NCBI GenBank assembly: GCA_040954595.2
Contig: CM082580.2
Span: 2,346,783-2,410,782 of the forward strand
Direction of reading: 5' to 3'
DNA from: Balanoglossus misakiensis
Taxonomy: Eukaryota > Animalia > Hemichordata
DNA length: 64,000 nt
Under the pieces are notes generated by a model that was given only the letters and a program-made list of their open reading frames with translations, did not search any database and was not told where the DNA came from. A program made the position numbers and the translations under genes. This document shows, piece after piece, positions 36,944-50,700 of the stretch. Within the stretch, counting starts at the first letter, position 1. Each line of letters opens with the position of its first letter.

Positions 36944-38706
36944 TTTAAGACTGGCCGCACACCACGTACACACGCCTTCACTGTGTCGCGGAATGAAGTC
37001 CATGCGTTTGAAAAGCCGTGTCTTTGATGTTGACACCTCGGACGATCTCCGCCGTCTGCTCGCACGAGTCGAAGACGGGCGATCTCATCCAACCCATGGC
37101 TTTCATTTGTATTATCAACGACAGTGCTAAGCTTGTTTCGGCGATAAATCTACTTCACACTATCAAAAAATTGACCAAAGCCGTGCCGACGCGACAAGTG
37201 ATTTTTCTTGTTTTACACTTGAGTGTGAAATCCTAGTGTCGAATGTTACGATACCCGAAAGTGTGACACTCTGTTGTCTTAAAATGATTGAAATATTCAA
37301 TGATAGAGACGTTTTAAACACGTCCCACCGCCCTTTACAACAGAAACAATTAGAACTGACCAAAGAAATCTGTCCGAAATGTCAGTTTTCCTGCGGAAAT
37401 GTCACAGACCGCCGAGAAAACAGGTGCTTGGCATGGCATGGCTAATTAAATGTTCAGGGACCGTATAATCGGATAATCCGAAATTCGGATAATTGGTGTT
37501 CGGATAATCGGCGTTCCACTGTACTAAGTTTTCTTGAGGAGTACTTGATTCTTATGATGTGATCTTCCCTAACAATCAGCAGTAGATATATTTATTTCTA
37601 TTTTATACAAACGACTTGTCTTAAACTCACAAAACTAGTATAGTTTTTAAACACTTTTGGTTGTGCTGTGCAGGCTCGCCCCAATTTAGACTCTCTCACA
37701 GCCCCTCTCGTCGTCCATGCAGGCTTATGGACTGATTGCATGTGTGCCCGCTACACAACACCACACGGTGCTTCTCCCTTGCCAAACGGTTGAGGGCGCA
37801 TAGCGAACCGTGGACTGTGAGAGAGTCTAGCCCCAAATACACCCGTGTTAAGAGAAGGCGCTTACCCCCGATAGTTGCCAACTGTCATAATTTGATTATT
37901 CTTTGTTGTGAAATTATTAGGAAAGGTGGATTCAATGAAAGGGACCTTAAAAGAGCTTGCTACTTGGGTATAAATAAGATCCCCCCAATCAAAGCGTGGC
38001 TAAACATTTCTTGGACTACTCTTGACATTGTAAAAATCAAAATAGAATGTCTTATATTGTCTATAGATTGGTTTTAACGGAGAGGGGTATTTTTTGTTGA
38101 GGTAAATAACTTTTTTGATTGAGTATATGAAGTAATACACACAGACTCAACGGTACGTTCCAGAACCACAGCTGGTGGCATAACGCGGCCAGAACGACCG
38201 ATTTTATGCGAATCTGCGCAACTCAAAGTGGCTGGGAATTCCGATCCTTAGTATACAACAGAAACGACTCTCACAATAACATTGTTGACACAGAGGCTCA
38301 CTTTAATATCCATACAAACAGAATGTACTGTGATTACTATGTGCTCGGAGAATACATATACTTAAACATAACCTGTGGCTATTTGTCGCATATTCTGGTG
38401 CGATAGTCTTTTACCCACACTAACATATTAAAAATAAAGTGATAAAAAACCACGGCAAACGTGACAGGGGTCGACACAAATTGAGTCAGTAGTCTACATA
38501 CTTCGAAATTGCAAAATTCTACCACAAACTGAATAAAATGGGTTAAACTCAATGAATTCAATCCAATATCTAACAACACAAACAAACTATTTGAATAAAA
38601 AGGCACATATACTTCTTAATCATTATCAGATTAGTTTTTTTCACGTCGCGACGTCACTTTGCGTACAGCATGATGTTGCATTTTCTTGACTTGAGTAGCG
38701 ATACGT

Positions 38707-41700
38707 TTACTCAGACGAGACCTGAAAAGTAGAAATATGCGTAGCCTGTAGTTTTCATTTCAACACAGTGACTGTATAAAGCATGCGATAAAGGTTGTTA
38801 TATGCCATGTCAGCTCATAGACAGTCTACTGTCTATGATCAGCTTGTCAACATAGCCTGCATACGCAATACGAATAAGCGAAACTTCAGCCGTTCCGACT
38901 TTGCTACTTCAAATGCGTGTATCACCAATCACAGCCGATACCCAGAAATTGTCGCCCGGGTCCCATTCTCACCTTATTTTTTGAGATTTTGCAAGTCCAA
39001 ATGCCAATACATGTACCAATCACACCCACAGACGCGACGGCAATGATCACACCCAGCACGATAATCAAAGCCAACGAAACACCAGCCTCTGTGTTCACAA
39101 AATAAAACAAAATACACGTTAAAATAGGGTGACTGGCAACGCCATCACTATGACCAGCGATTGCTTAAAGCACGCGATAAATTTTCACAGCGTAGCATAT
39201 TATACATGGTTACTACAATGGGAAAGCAAGTTATATAGACCATGAGCCAGTAGGGGTTTACCTCCCCCCCCCCCCCCCCCCCCGGGGGGAATTTTTGAGA
39301 CAATGTTTTTCTGAAAGCCTATCATATACTGAGTAAAATTCACTTTGTTTGCCATCTGGGCACCGGGGCGTTTTCGAGTTATTGGCTTCTAAATTATATT
39401 GGGTAACGTATGTAGAAATGCCTAAAAGTGCATATAAATTGACGTAGGGGGGTAAATTAGTCTTGTAAAATACTGTCTCTCTGAATGTATACCTAGAACA
39501 ACAGGGAAGTATTTGGTATCAAAAGAAAGCTTAATAAACAAGCTTTCCATTAATTACAAAATAAAAGTGATATGACAAATCATGACATCAAAGTGACGTC
39601 ATAAGTCAAAATACCCTTACGAAAATGGTGTTCTGTTCACCTATAAATGTGAGGTTTTGCAAAACACGTCTCTGAGCAATTGTACTGATGAAAACTGTGA
39701 TGTGTTTGGTATCAACAGAAAGCTGATTGAGTAAATTATCTAATTATTGCAAAAAATTGATATAATAATCAATTACGTCATCATTACGTCATACTTCCAA
39801 GTACCCTTACCAATTAGTGACTATGATGACAGGAGATAGGTGCCTTTAAATTAAAAAAATTGGTAAGGAAGGTTTGTGAAGTCCATTCTATGTAAAAAAT
39901 GGTGCTGATTCCAAAAAAGTCAGTCTTATTGACCCCACCCAAGACAAAATTGCCATTTTGGCACTTTTTAACCCAAAAAGATCATTCTTAGAAAACACTA
40001 AAAACACACTGTTTTCATCACATTCGAAGATCTGATGACATATGATATGCCTATTCTATGTAAAATTTGGTTGATATTACGACAAAAGCAGTCTGACTGA
40101 CCCCAAACGAGACAGAATTGCCTTTTTGACCATTTTTGCCCAAAAACGGCATTTTTAGACAAAACTTAAAACACACTCTTCTCTTCATATTGATTGATTT
40201 GATGATATATGGAAAGTCAATTCTATGTGTAAAATGGTGACTATAAAACATAAAGCAGTCTTTTTGACCCCAATCAATACAAAAATGCCATTTTTGGCCA
40301 CATTTTTGAGGTCAATAAAGGTCATTTTTACAAAAAAACTAAAAACAAACTGTTTTCTTCATATTCAGAGATCTGATTATGTATGAAAAGTCCATTCTAT
40401 GTATAAAAAAAAATCTGATTGACCCCATTCTAGTCAAAATTGCGTTTTTGGCAATTTATTGCCTAAAAAGACCTACTTAAGACAAATTTATCATTTTAAA
40501 CATTTTCTAGAGAAAAAAATGTTTGCATTTGGAGATAGCCCAAATTGAACTCATAATGATGATGAAACAGCTTCGAGAGTAAAAGAAGTTATACGAATTG
40601 AACCAAAGTCGCATCGATGAATCTAAACACGTCGCCCAGGACCAAGCATTGAACATGATACAGGCGACAAAAAGACAGGCACTGCACATGGCAAAGTCCC
40701 AAATATTCACTTAGAGCATCTCCAAATTGAAACGTCAAGGAATTTAAGAGTTTTTATTATATTTATTAGGTTTAAACCCACATTTTCCCGTTGTGTGCTA
40801 GTTCAGGGGCCAGTTTTAGCTCTATTGAGTATTTAGCATCGTGGGATTGCACCCCTGTCCAATCAAAATGATGGAGGTATCATGATATAATATAATTTCT
40901 GATTTTGTATTCAGAACGAAGAGGATAAATGTCAACAATCTATCCGGAGCTGGTATAGATGTACATAAAAAAATTATACCATGTATAAACGACTTATAGT
41001 ATACAGTGTGAATACATGGATCGTCTCGTTTTATTGTTGAGTTCCATTTTAGGCTAAATGTGCCAAATTGTGGCAACTCTGCCTTTCAATATCATCAATT
41101 CAACTGATATCATATGGTATGACATTTTAAATATGCAAATATAACATCAAAACTCAAAAGGCAAAAAACACAATATTGAGTGGGGTCTTAATAAGACTGT
41201 TGTGTTGGTATCAGCATATTTTTTGCAAAAAATGGACTTTCCATTCATAATCAAACATTTAAATACGAAGAAAACAGCTTGTTTTCATTTTTTCTTGAAA
41301 TGAACTTTTTGACCAAAAATGGCCAAAATGACAATTTTGTAGGGCTGAAAAGAATTTTTTTTTTGGAATCGGCTCCCTTTCAACAAAAATGGACCTTCTC
41401 CGTACATCATAAGATCTCTGAAAATAAAGAAAGAAGTTTCAAACAGTTACCTTATTTGAGCAAAGTGGCCAAAATGGCATTTTTTCCCTCTGTGGAGTCA
41501 GTAAGAGTGCTTTTTTGGAAAAATCGCTACTTTTAAGATAGAATGGACTTTTATTTATTATTAGATCACCAAAGGGGAAAAATAGCATGTTTTTAGTATT
41601 TTCTAAAAATGACGCTTTTTGGGCAAAAAGTATTTTCATCTTCATTGAGATCAATAAGATTGCTTTTTCTAGAGTCAACACCAATTTTTCAATAAATGGA

Positions 41701-44700
41701 CTTTTCATACATGATCAAATTTCCAAATATAAAGAAAACGTTTGCTTATTTCTTAAAATGGCCTTTTTGGGCAAAAACTTGCCAAAAAACGCACTTTAAT
41801 CTTGAGTGGCGCCAATAAACATACTTTTTTGAATACCTACCAAATTTAACACAGGGTGGGTATATAATACATTATCAGATCTCCGAAAGTGAAGAAAATA
41901 TATAAGTTTTGAGTGTTTTCTAAAAATGACATTTTTGGGGCAAATAGTGGCAAAAATGGCACATTTGCCTTGAGTGGGGGTCAATAAGGCTGCTATTTCT
42001 GGAATCAGAACTATTTTACATAGCATAAACTTTTCATATATCACATGATCTCTTAATATGAAGAAAACAGTTTGTTTTTAGTTTTTTTGTAAAAATGACC
42101 TTTTTTGACCTCAAAAATATGGCCAAAAATGGCATTTTGGTATTGATTGGGGTCAAAAAGACTGCTTTATGTTTTATAGTCACCATTTTACACATAGAAT
42201 TGACTTTCCATATATCATCAAATCAATCAATATGAAGAGAAGAGTGTGTTTTAAGTTTTGTCTAAAAATGCCGTTTTTGGGCAAAAAATGGTCAAAAAGG
42301 CAATTCTGTCTCATTTGGGGTCAGTCAGACTGCTTTTTTCGTAATATCAACTAAATTTTACATAGAATAGGCATATCATATGTCATCAGATCTTCGAATG
42401 TGATGAAAACAGTGTGTTTTTAGTGTTTTCTAAAAATGACCTTTTTGGGGTTAAAAAGTGCCAAAATGGCAATTTTGTCTTGGGTGGGGTCAATAAGACT
42501 GACTTTTTTGGAATCAGCACCATTTTTTTTACATAGAATGGACTTCACAAACCTTCCTTACCAATTTTTTTTATTTAAAGGCACCTATCTCCTAGGGTAA
42601 TAACTTGTCATCATAGTCACTAATTGGTAAGGGTACTTGGAAGTATGACGTAATGATGACGTAATTGATTATTATATCAATTTTTCGCAATAATTAGATA
42701 CTTTACTCCATCAGCTTTCTGTTGATACCAAACACATCACAGTTTTCATCAGTACAATTGCTCAGAAACGTGTTTTGCAAAACCTCACATTTATAGGTGA
42801 ACAGAACACCATTTTCGTAAGGGTATTTTGACTTATGACGTCACTTTGATGTCATGATTTGTCATATCACTTTTATTTTGTAATTAATGGAAAGCTTGTT
42901 TATTAAGCTTTCTTTTGATACCAAATACTTCCCTGTTGTTCTAGGTATACATTCAGAGAGACAGTATTTTACAAGACTAATTTACCCCCCTACGTCAATT
43001 TATATGCACTTTTAGGCATTTCTACATACGTTACCCAATATAATTTAGAAGCCAATAACTCGAAAACGCCCCGGTGCCCAGATGGCAAACAAAGTGAATT
43101 TTACTCAGTATATGATAGGCTTTCAGAAAAACATTGTCTCAAAAATTCCCCCCGGGGGGGGGGGGGGGGGGGAGGTAAACCCCTACTGGCTCATGGTCTA
43201 TATAACTTGCTTTCCCATTGTAGTAACCATGTATAATATGCTACGCTGTGAAAATTTATCGCGTGCTTTAAGCAATCGCTGGTCATAGTGATGGCGTTGC
43301 CAGTCACCCTATTTTAACGTGTATTTTGTTTTATTTTGTGAACACAGAGGCTGGTGTTTCGTTGGCTTTGATTATCGTGCTGGGTGTGATCATTGCCGTC
43401 GCGTCTGTGGGTGTGATTGGTACATGTATTGGCATTTGGACTTGCAAAATCTCAAAAAATAAGGTGAGAATGGGACCCGGGGGGGAGGTAAACCCCTACT
43501 GGCTCATGGTCTAATAAGGGAACTCGAGCATGACGTGCTTATGATCAGGGGACTCCACATGCAAGCAACCTAACTTTCACGCTCTGCCTGAAATCACTTA
43601 CTGTCACGCATGCTCCAACTGTGTTGATCTTTGTAAGGCAGGCACTGCAGTGTAGCATCAGTCGGGTGATGATCGCCATCAGAAAAACAGTGTCCATTAA
43701 TTTCGCAAGCAGTTTCCTAGAAAAAATGGAGACCATGTTTACATACCATAGCAAATAGTAAATTCTGAACTTCTGCTGAACACCAAAGCCCATGTATAAA
43801 GTATCAGGCGTACGTAACACCGATGAGTGAGCAATTTTATTGATGGCTCATTTTAAATTTGTCGATGCGAATCCAGAAAATAATTTTGTTTCAAATTCAT
43901 GGTCCTTTTTTCTGTATGTTGACACTCATTTCGAAACATTTCACATTGACAGAAAATATTATGTTCACTAAGTTTCAGAAAAAAATTATGCATTGAATGT
44001 ATTTATGACGCTTTGATTGTAAAGGAAACCTCATTGTCTATGCGCAGTGCAAATGCACATGGGCTATAGACACAACTTCACAGAGTGCATATGGGAAAAC
44101 GGTATTTTCCTTATTTCTTCGATTTCCCTACCTTCAGTTCACACAATCCTGCGCTGTCACATGACAAACACTTGGAGTCGTACACGGTCAGCAGCATCCC
44201 TTTGCTTGCCATGGCGCCGGCGTTGTTGCTGACATGAACACGGACAGTTGCCGAAGTCACGCCGTCTGTTTCATCAGGGTTCCCAGGCTCTACGATGGGT
44301 AGCCGCGGTCGGCAGTAAACCTCCCGAAAGCTGACGAAGAAGGTGTCAGCTTCAGCCGTGAGTTGACTGGTGGCCATCCAGCCTTCATCGTCTTCGTACT
44401 GGTGAATAGTGAAAGAGAACGATATTGATGTGATCGATGACGAAATCAGACAGAAGACAATATAAACAGAGAGTAGACAAGTATCGAGCGCGTGACAGTG
44501 GTTCAAGATGACCTCATCAATTTGTTGTAATTTACAAACCTAGCATGATTATGATTATTGGACCCGATATGACGTCACACTAACAACGTAATTATCCGGA
44601 TTCCTTACCTTTACGTGCTGGTAATGACACATGAGCAAGTCACTGTTCAGGAAGTTGTCGCCGACGAGAGAGATTGACTGACAGAAGTCATGACGTATAT

Positions 44701-47700
44701 CGCACAGACCGTGCTGTTCCGAGCCTTCAATGAACCACACGTCGGGTGGCATTGATAAATCGACAGAGCAATCGAGTCCGCCATATCCTGAAGACATAGA
44801 GGTTATTAACAGCTAGTGGTGAGAATTTTGAACGTACAACTCAGATCGACGAATATAAATGACTTGTTCTTTGATTTACAAGTGGATATTACCGGTATCG
44901 AAGTGAAGATTTGAGGCCACTACTAAACGAATTAACAAAATGTAAATACAACTTCAACCGTAATAGTTTTGTCGTTATATATTTAAGAGCTACATTTTGT
45001 CTCGGCAAAATGTCCGGATGAGCAGGTTATAATTAAACGTTTCCTCAGGCGTCGCGGTAAACGCAAGACGCCACAATATGCAAATGTATATTTCAGTTTG
45101 AAAAACCATACCGGACGTACTATGGCATGGCATATACACATAAAATATTGGTATGTTTCACGATACGATCCAAAATGGCGGCTAACGATGACGTGTGTCA
45201 ATATAGTTGCCCGTTGGGCGACGTCTTGATAGATATGGTGTTTCGATGCCATATATGGCAGATTAATACCTTCGTTACAATAGCAAACTCCATTGGTGCA
45301 GTTACCACGGTAACTACACTTCCCCGGGCAAATCGAAATTCTCAGAAACATTGGCGGTGAAAAGCTTCCAGTATCTAAAACAAAAAAAACAAAACAAAAA
45401 CTAAAACAGTTAGCCGACAAACTAATGTTTTTGCATTATTGTCGGGCAGTTTATGCTTAAAATCCTTAGCTGTCACTTTCGGACACAACAGAACATATTT
45501 AGAAGGAACAACATTCCGTGGTGTGGTCGTGATACTGGAATATCACAACGCCAACTGCAAAGACAGCCACATCTTTAACCCTTTCACCACAATGGTTTGG
45601 TCCGAATCCATTGTTTTCTTGTAAACGTGGACCTCTATAGAGGTAACTGGGGCTGAACGGGTTAATGATGTCTACAGAATGAACAATGATACTGGCTGGG
45701 GTTGACGTTAATTCTTACCATTAGAATACAGCGACACATTTTTCAAGGCGACATCTTCACAATGGTCAATCATTTCATCAACAGCCACTAACACCAGATC
45801 AAAACCATCGATTAGCTGAATAAAAGACATAATTGTATTACTGTACATGCAGAAATATTGAAAGTTCCAAGTTTATAATAATAATCCCTGGTAACTGCAT
45901 ACCGTTCGAATTAGTCTTTTTGCATTAATTTGGTGCGGACTTCTACTTTCAATAAAAAAAACGTTTATTCGTATTTTTATTTTAAACAACATAGTGGTGA
46001 ATGTTATTTCAAAGAGATGTACATAATGTTATTACGGTCACTACTTGTGAATCCAAGAGATTGCTTTTGAACTTGACACTCCAGAACTCGGAGACCAACA
46101 ATATCACTTCTGTCTTTAATTTCGATTTGAAGACGCCATCTTAATAATCAATGTTCAAATTCCCCCCCCCCCCCCGTATGCATGATGCATTGTAGTACAC
46201 TCACACCAATGTCTTCAACGCAGCCGTCGACTCCTCGGAACAAATCGACACCGGGAACATCGGCACAGTGCTCGGCGATCGGTGACTCCAAGATCTCAGC
46301 TCTACACCGATCGTCCGCTTGTTCCAAAGTTATACCGCTTGCTGTCGGCCACGTTACTTCGTCGAACTCGCTGCGTCTCTTCCTAATAACACAAGAAATC
46401 GTGGGCTTGAAATGCAAATAACTGTACGAATTCCGATACACAGACCACGTGAGAGGATGTCATGTTTGGAAGATTCGTACGTTTGTTTGCGTGAAAAACA
46501 CAATACAGTCTACAATAATTTCGCTAGATATTTGCACCATTAGAAGCAATCGCTTAAGATGGGTCCCCGGGATCTTTTTGCCCGTTGCTATGGGCCTTTG
46601 CAGGACATTACACCCCGATTTGGACTAAGCCGTTTTCAGAGTCTAACAAGGGGCTGGTAACTAGTTGAAAATCTGCACGATTGTGAGCGCGCGCCCCCTG
46701 ACGCCATTGATATGCAAATTAGCTAGGTCAAATTTCAAAAGCCTAAGGCTTTTTATTCTGTGACCTCAAAAACGAACTTGATACGTATTCATTAGTTGCT
46801 TGAACCAGGGAAGATCGTGACGGATTTTGTTTTCGAATATTATCGTTGTATCCTACGATTTCAGCATACCCGTACCTGACCTGAAAAAGTCATCGATTTT
46901 GGGTGTTTTTGGACGAACTCTTCCACCGGTATCGCTTCTTAGCACGACGAAAACCGAAAAAACGATCCGTCACACTGTGCGGAAGTGCGTTCTCAACAAG
47001 CAGGTCAAATTTGACTGGCGTACGTGGCCTATGAAAAAAGCCTTAGGGATTTTCGTGAACGGTACAAAATCTCTGTGTACAAAACATTGGATTTTTAGCG
47101 TACGTTCGATCCAGTTACTGTGGTTACAGGACGCGCACGCTATCGCTGACCGCTGCTTTGCCGTATTAGCGTGGCGGCCTATGGCCGGGCGGTAGCTGCC
47201 GTAAACATACTCGGACAGGGGGTGTGCACACAGTCGTGTGTATTTTTAACTAGTTACAAGCCCCTTGTCGGACGTTCATAACGGTTTCGATCAAAATTGA
47301 GTGTAGTGTCCTATAAAGGCCCATAGAAACGAGCAAAAAGATACAGGGGACCCATCTTAACCTTTTATACAAAAGCTTCGATTTGTCGTATATGTCTTCC
47401 GTCCATGGGTTACCAGTGTACGAATCTTATTGAATGAGACAAGGTCAAATCTGAAACGATTTTAGAGGCAATATCAAGTGCATGATATGATCATAATTGT
47501 TGATCACGAACTTCACAACCTACCTCCCCAAGGCGTTGTCAACGCTCTCTGCACCAAATTTACCGGCCTCTGGAAGGTGTGCGCGGGAACCTAATTTCGA
47601 ACGGCTGTCGTCAACCTGGCCAGTTAAGTCCGTTCCAGAGAGTTGTCGACCAATAGGGCGCCTGGCTCTGCGGCCTTCGTGGCACTCACCACCGTCTTGG

Positions 47701-50700
47701 CGACGGTCGGCGTGTATGAAGCATTCGCAGCTGATGCCGCCGCTCGGACGATCCCCGTCTGGAGTCGACGTCGGTGTGTCGGGCAACTTGTCAAATAAAC
47801 TCTCGCCAGCTTCAATCCTGAAGAGGAAAAGATTGATTCAGTCATTTGCAATATTCAAATGTGCGTACATTTCTAAAGTTTTCATTCGACTCAAAGATCA
47901 ACGACAACTCACATCCAAGTGGAGATGAACTCATTCGGCCGCTTTCCGGTGTAGTCCAACCGTGAGTTGTCACTCAGCGTGTATTCATTTCGGATGTCGC
48001 CATCGAACACACCACAAAGGCCCACGGTACCCTCGGCATCGTCGCTTGGCACCGTCAGTTCAATATCCATTCCCCAACCGCCGACTTTGGCAACAACTCT
48101 ACTCCCCGACGGCATGGATATCTGTTCAAAGTCGGAAAGAAAAAAAGGAAATCGAATTTGGTACACATAATAGATAAAAATAGCCAAATGTTACAGCTAA
48201 TGTCCCTTTAATATGATCGGAATTCTTCGGGTTGAGTGGAAAGACTGCTGTGATAATTATTGGTTCATACACTTACGGTGAATCGTTTACCGCTCTTTCC
48301 TACGTTGATGGATACCCCGGATGTAAAGTTCCCCTCGCTGAATTTGACCACCTTTGGCGCTGTTTTCTGCCACTCCCCGTGGCACATCGTCACGCCGACG
48401 ACATCGTCATTTTCTCGCACAACCACCCCGCAGTTGCAGGCAACGCGCCAACACTTCCAGGTTCTGGTGTGAACCTATTAACAGGGAAGATCCAGAGTGA
48501 ATTGGACCAGGGATCGGGTATGAGTGCACGGGCTTTGTGAGCGGATGGAGACGGGGCAATATGTGGAGAGCAATCGATCTGCTCCTCACAGCAAGTGAAT
48601 CGTTAACGAGGTACTAGTACACCGTTAACTGTTCAAGTCGGATGAAGGAGGATCAATCTGATTAAAATCAGATGTAGAGTTAGGTGATAGTTATGGTCGT
48701 TCTACACACTCTCTCTCTCTCTTGGCTTTTCTCGGGCGCACGCGCCCTTTCCGAACAGAACAGCAAAGAATCAGCCAGCGTAAGCCAGCGCCTTACTCTA
48801 CATCTGATTTTAATCAGATATGTCTAAGATGTCGATATCATCGATAGCAAAATACATTAAACTCTTACCTCGAAGTCTCTATGCAGGCTTTTGTGGAACA
48901 CAAAATCACCAACCCTATAGTTGTCGAATTTTCTGCGGAGAAGGGAGCATTTTAATTTCAGTGAATGTTACCCTATAACATGTTTATAGTCACATTCTGA
49001 CGATAAGCTGACCAGTGACTAGCTGATCTGTCCCGCCAAATATTGCATATAGATAAGAGATAGACGTGCGTTGTTTAGTAACCAGGCAACTCTGAGGTTG
49101 CCATAGACTTGCTCCAAGTCTATGGGCTTCATTATTTCATAATAAATACATTTAAACACTTGTTCCGAATTTCTCTATGTACCGTGTGTGAAGTAAAAGT
49201 CACCGAGTGTGGGCGTGTATGTACAAATGTACGTCAAGGGAACGCGTAGGTAACCGAAACCGTGAGCTCAGTCCAAAATTTGAAACCAAACTCACTACCA
49301 GAAACACGCAAACAGTTTTGAAATTATTTATTAAGACAAAAAAACACCGCAAACACAAAAGAGTATTGGGATTCAAAAATCACCAAACGACTAGTGGGCT
49401 AGTCTAAGGTTGCCATTAATGTCTATACATACCGGCCATCGTAGGTGATGTAATGAGGGTCTCCTCGAGATGTGCACCGTCCGGTGTCAATATCCTTCAC
49501 CCGAACCTGTCAATTAAAAAAACCCCACTTCATACCTTTGCCGAGCTTTTCCAAGTAAGCGTATCCATGTACACTACATAAGCCGAGACAGGGCGAAAAA
49601 ATTGTCGTTGAATGTATAATAAAACATAATTTTGACCAGAACGGGACCCTATACGAGTTATGCTGACGTGTTATTAACACTCGGGGACATTTCATATGGA
49701 ACTACATGTACGTTGGATCAGTTAGTAACAGCGTGATATGAAATGATTTGAGACTCACACCAATGCTTTCTCTGTAGCCATCCTTAACTCTAGCAGAGCA
49801 TTCATCGGACGCCGGTTGCGCATGCACTCTCACAAACTGATCTCCGTCGTTTTGGAAATCCCTCACTGCATCGAACTTCACTTTCTGCAGTGTGTTGTAC
49901 GATTCATGTCTGATATTAACTGCGCATGTGCTTAACAGAATCTCTGGACGATCAAGGGAGGCTGAAGTAGAAAAAAAAACAAGTTTTGATGATTGTCTTG
50001 AATTCAAGTGGATGGATGGATTGATAGATAGATGCATGAAAAAAGGATGGACAGACTGTCAATACTCACTCACTCACTCACTCACTCACTCACTCACTCG
50101 GTCACTCGCTCACTCACTCACTCACCCAACCACCCACCCACTCACTCACTCACTCACTCACTCACTCACTCACTCACTCACTCACTCACTCACTCACCCA
50201 ACCACCCACCCACCCACCCACCCACCCACCCACCCACTCACTCACTCACTCACTCACTCACTCACTCACTCACTCACTCACTCACTCACTCACTCACTCA
50301 CCCAACCACCCACCCATCCACCCACCCACCCACCCACTCACTCACTCACTCACTCACTCGGTCACTCGCTCACTCACTCACTCACCCAACCACCCGCCCA
50401 CCCACCCACCCACCCACTCACTCACTCACTCACTCACTCACTCGGTCACTCGCTCACTCACTCACTCACCCAACCACCCACCCACCCACCCACCCACCCA
50501 TCCACCCACCCACTCACTCACTCACTCACTCACTCAGTCACTCGCTCACTCACTCACTCACCCAACCACTCACCCACCCACCCAACCACCCACCCACCCA
50601 CCCACCCACCCATCCACCCACCCACCCATCCACCCACCCACTCACTCACTCACTCACTCACTCAGTCACTCGCTCACTCACTCACTCACCCAACCACCCA

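Noticed and set aside
40500-41150. Transposase remnant in the centre of the long-TIR element
   Set aside because: Only short interrupted frames with no recognisable catalytic motif.
43326-43514. Small plus-strand membrane-protein ORF
   Set aside because: It is the inverted copy of the host TM exon and has no ATG start or other exons.
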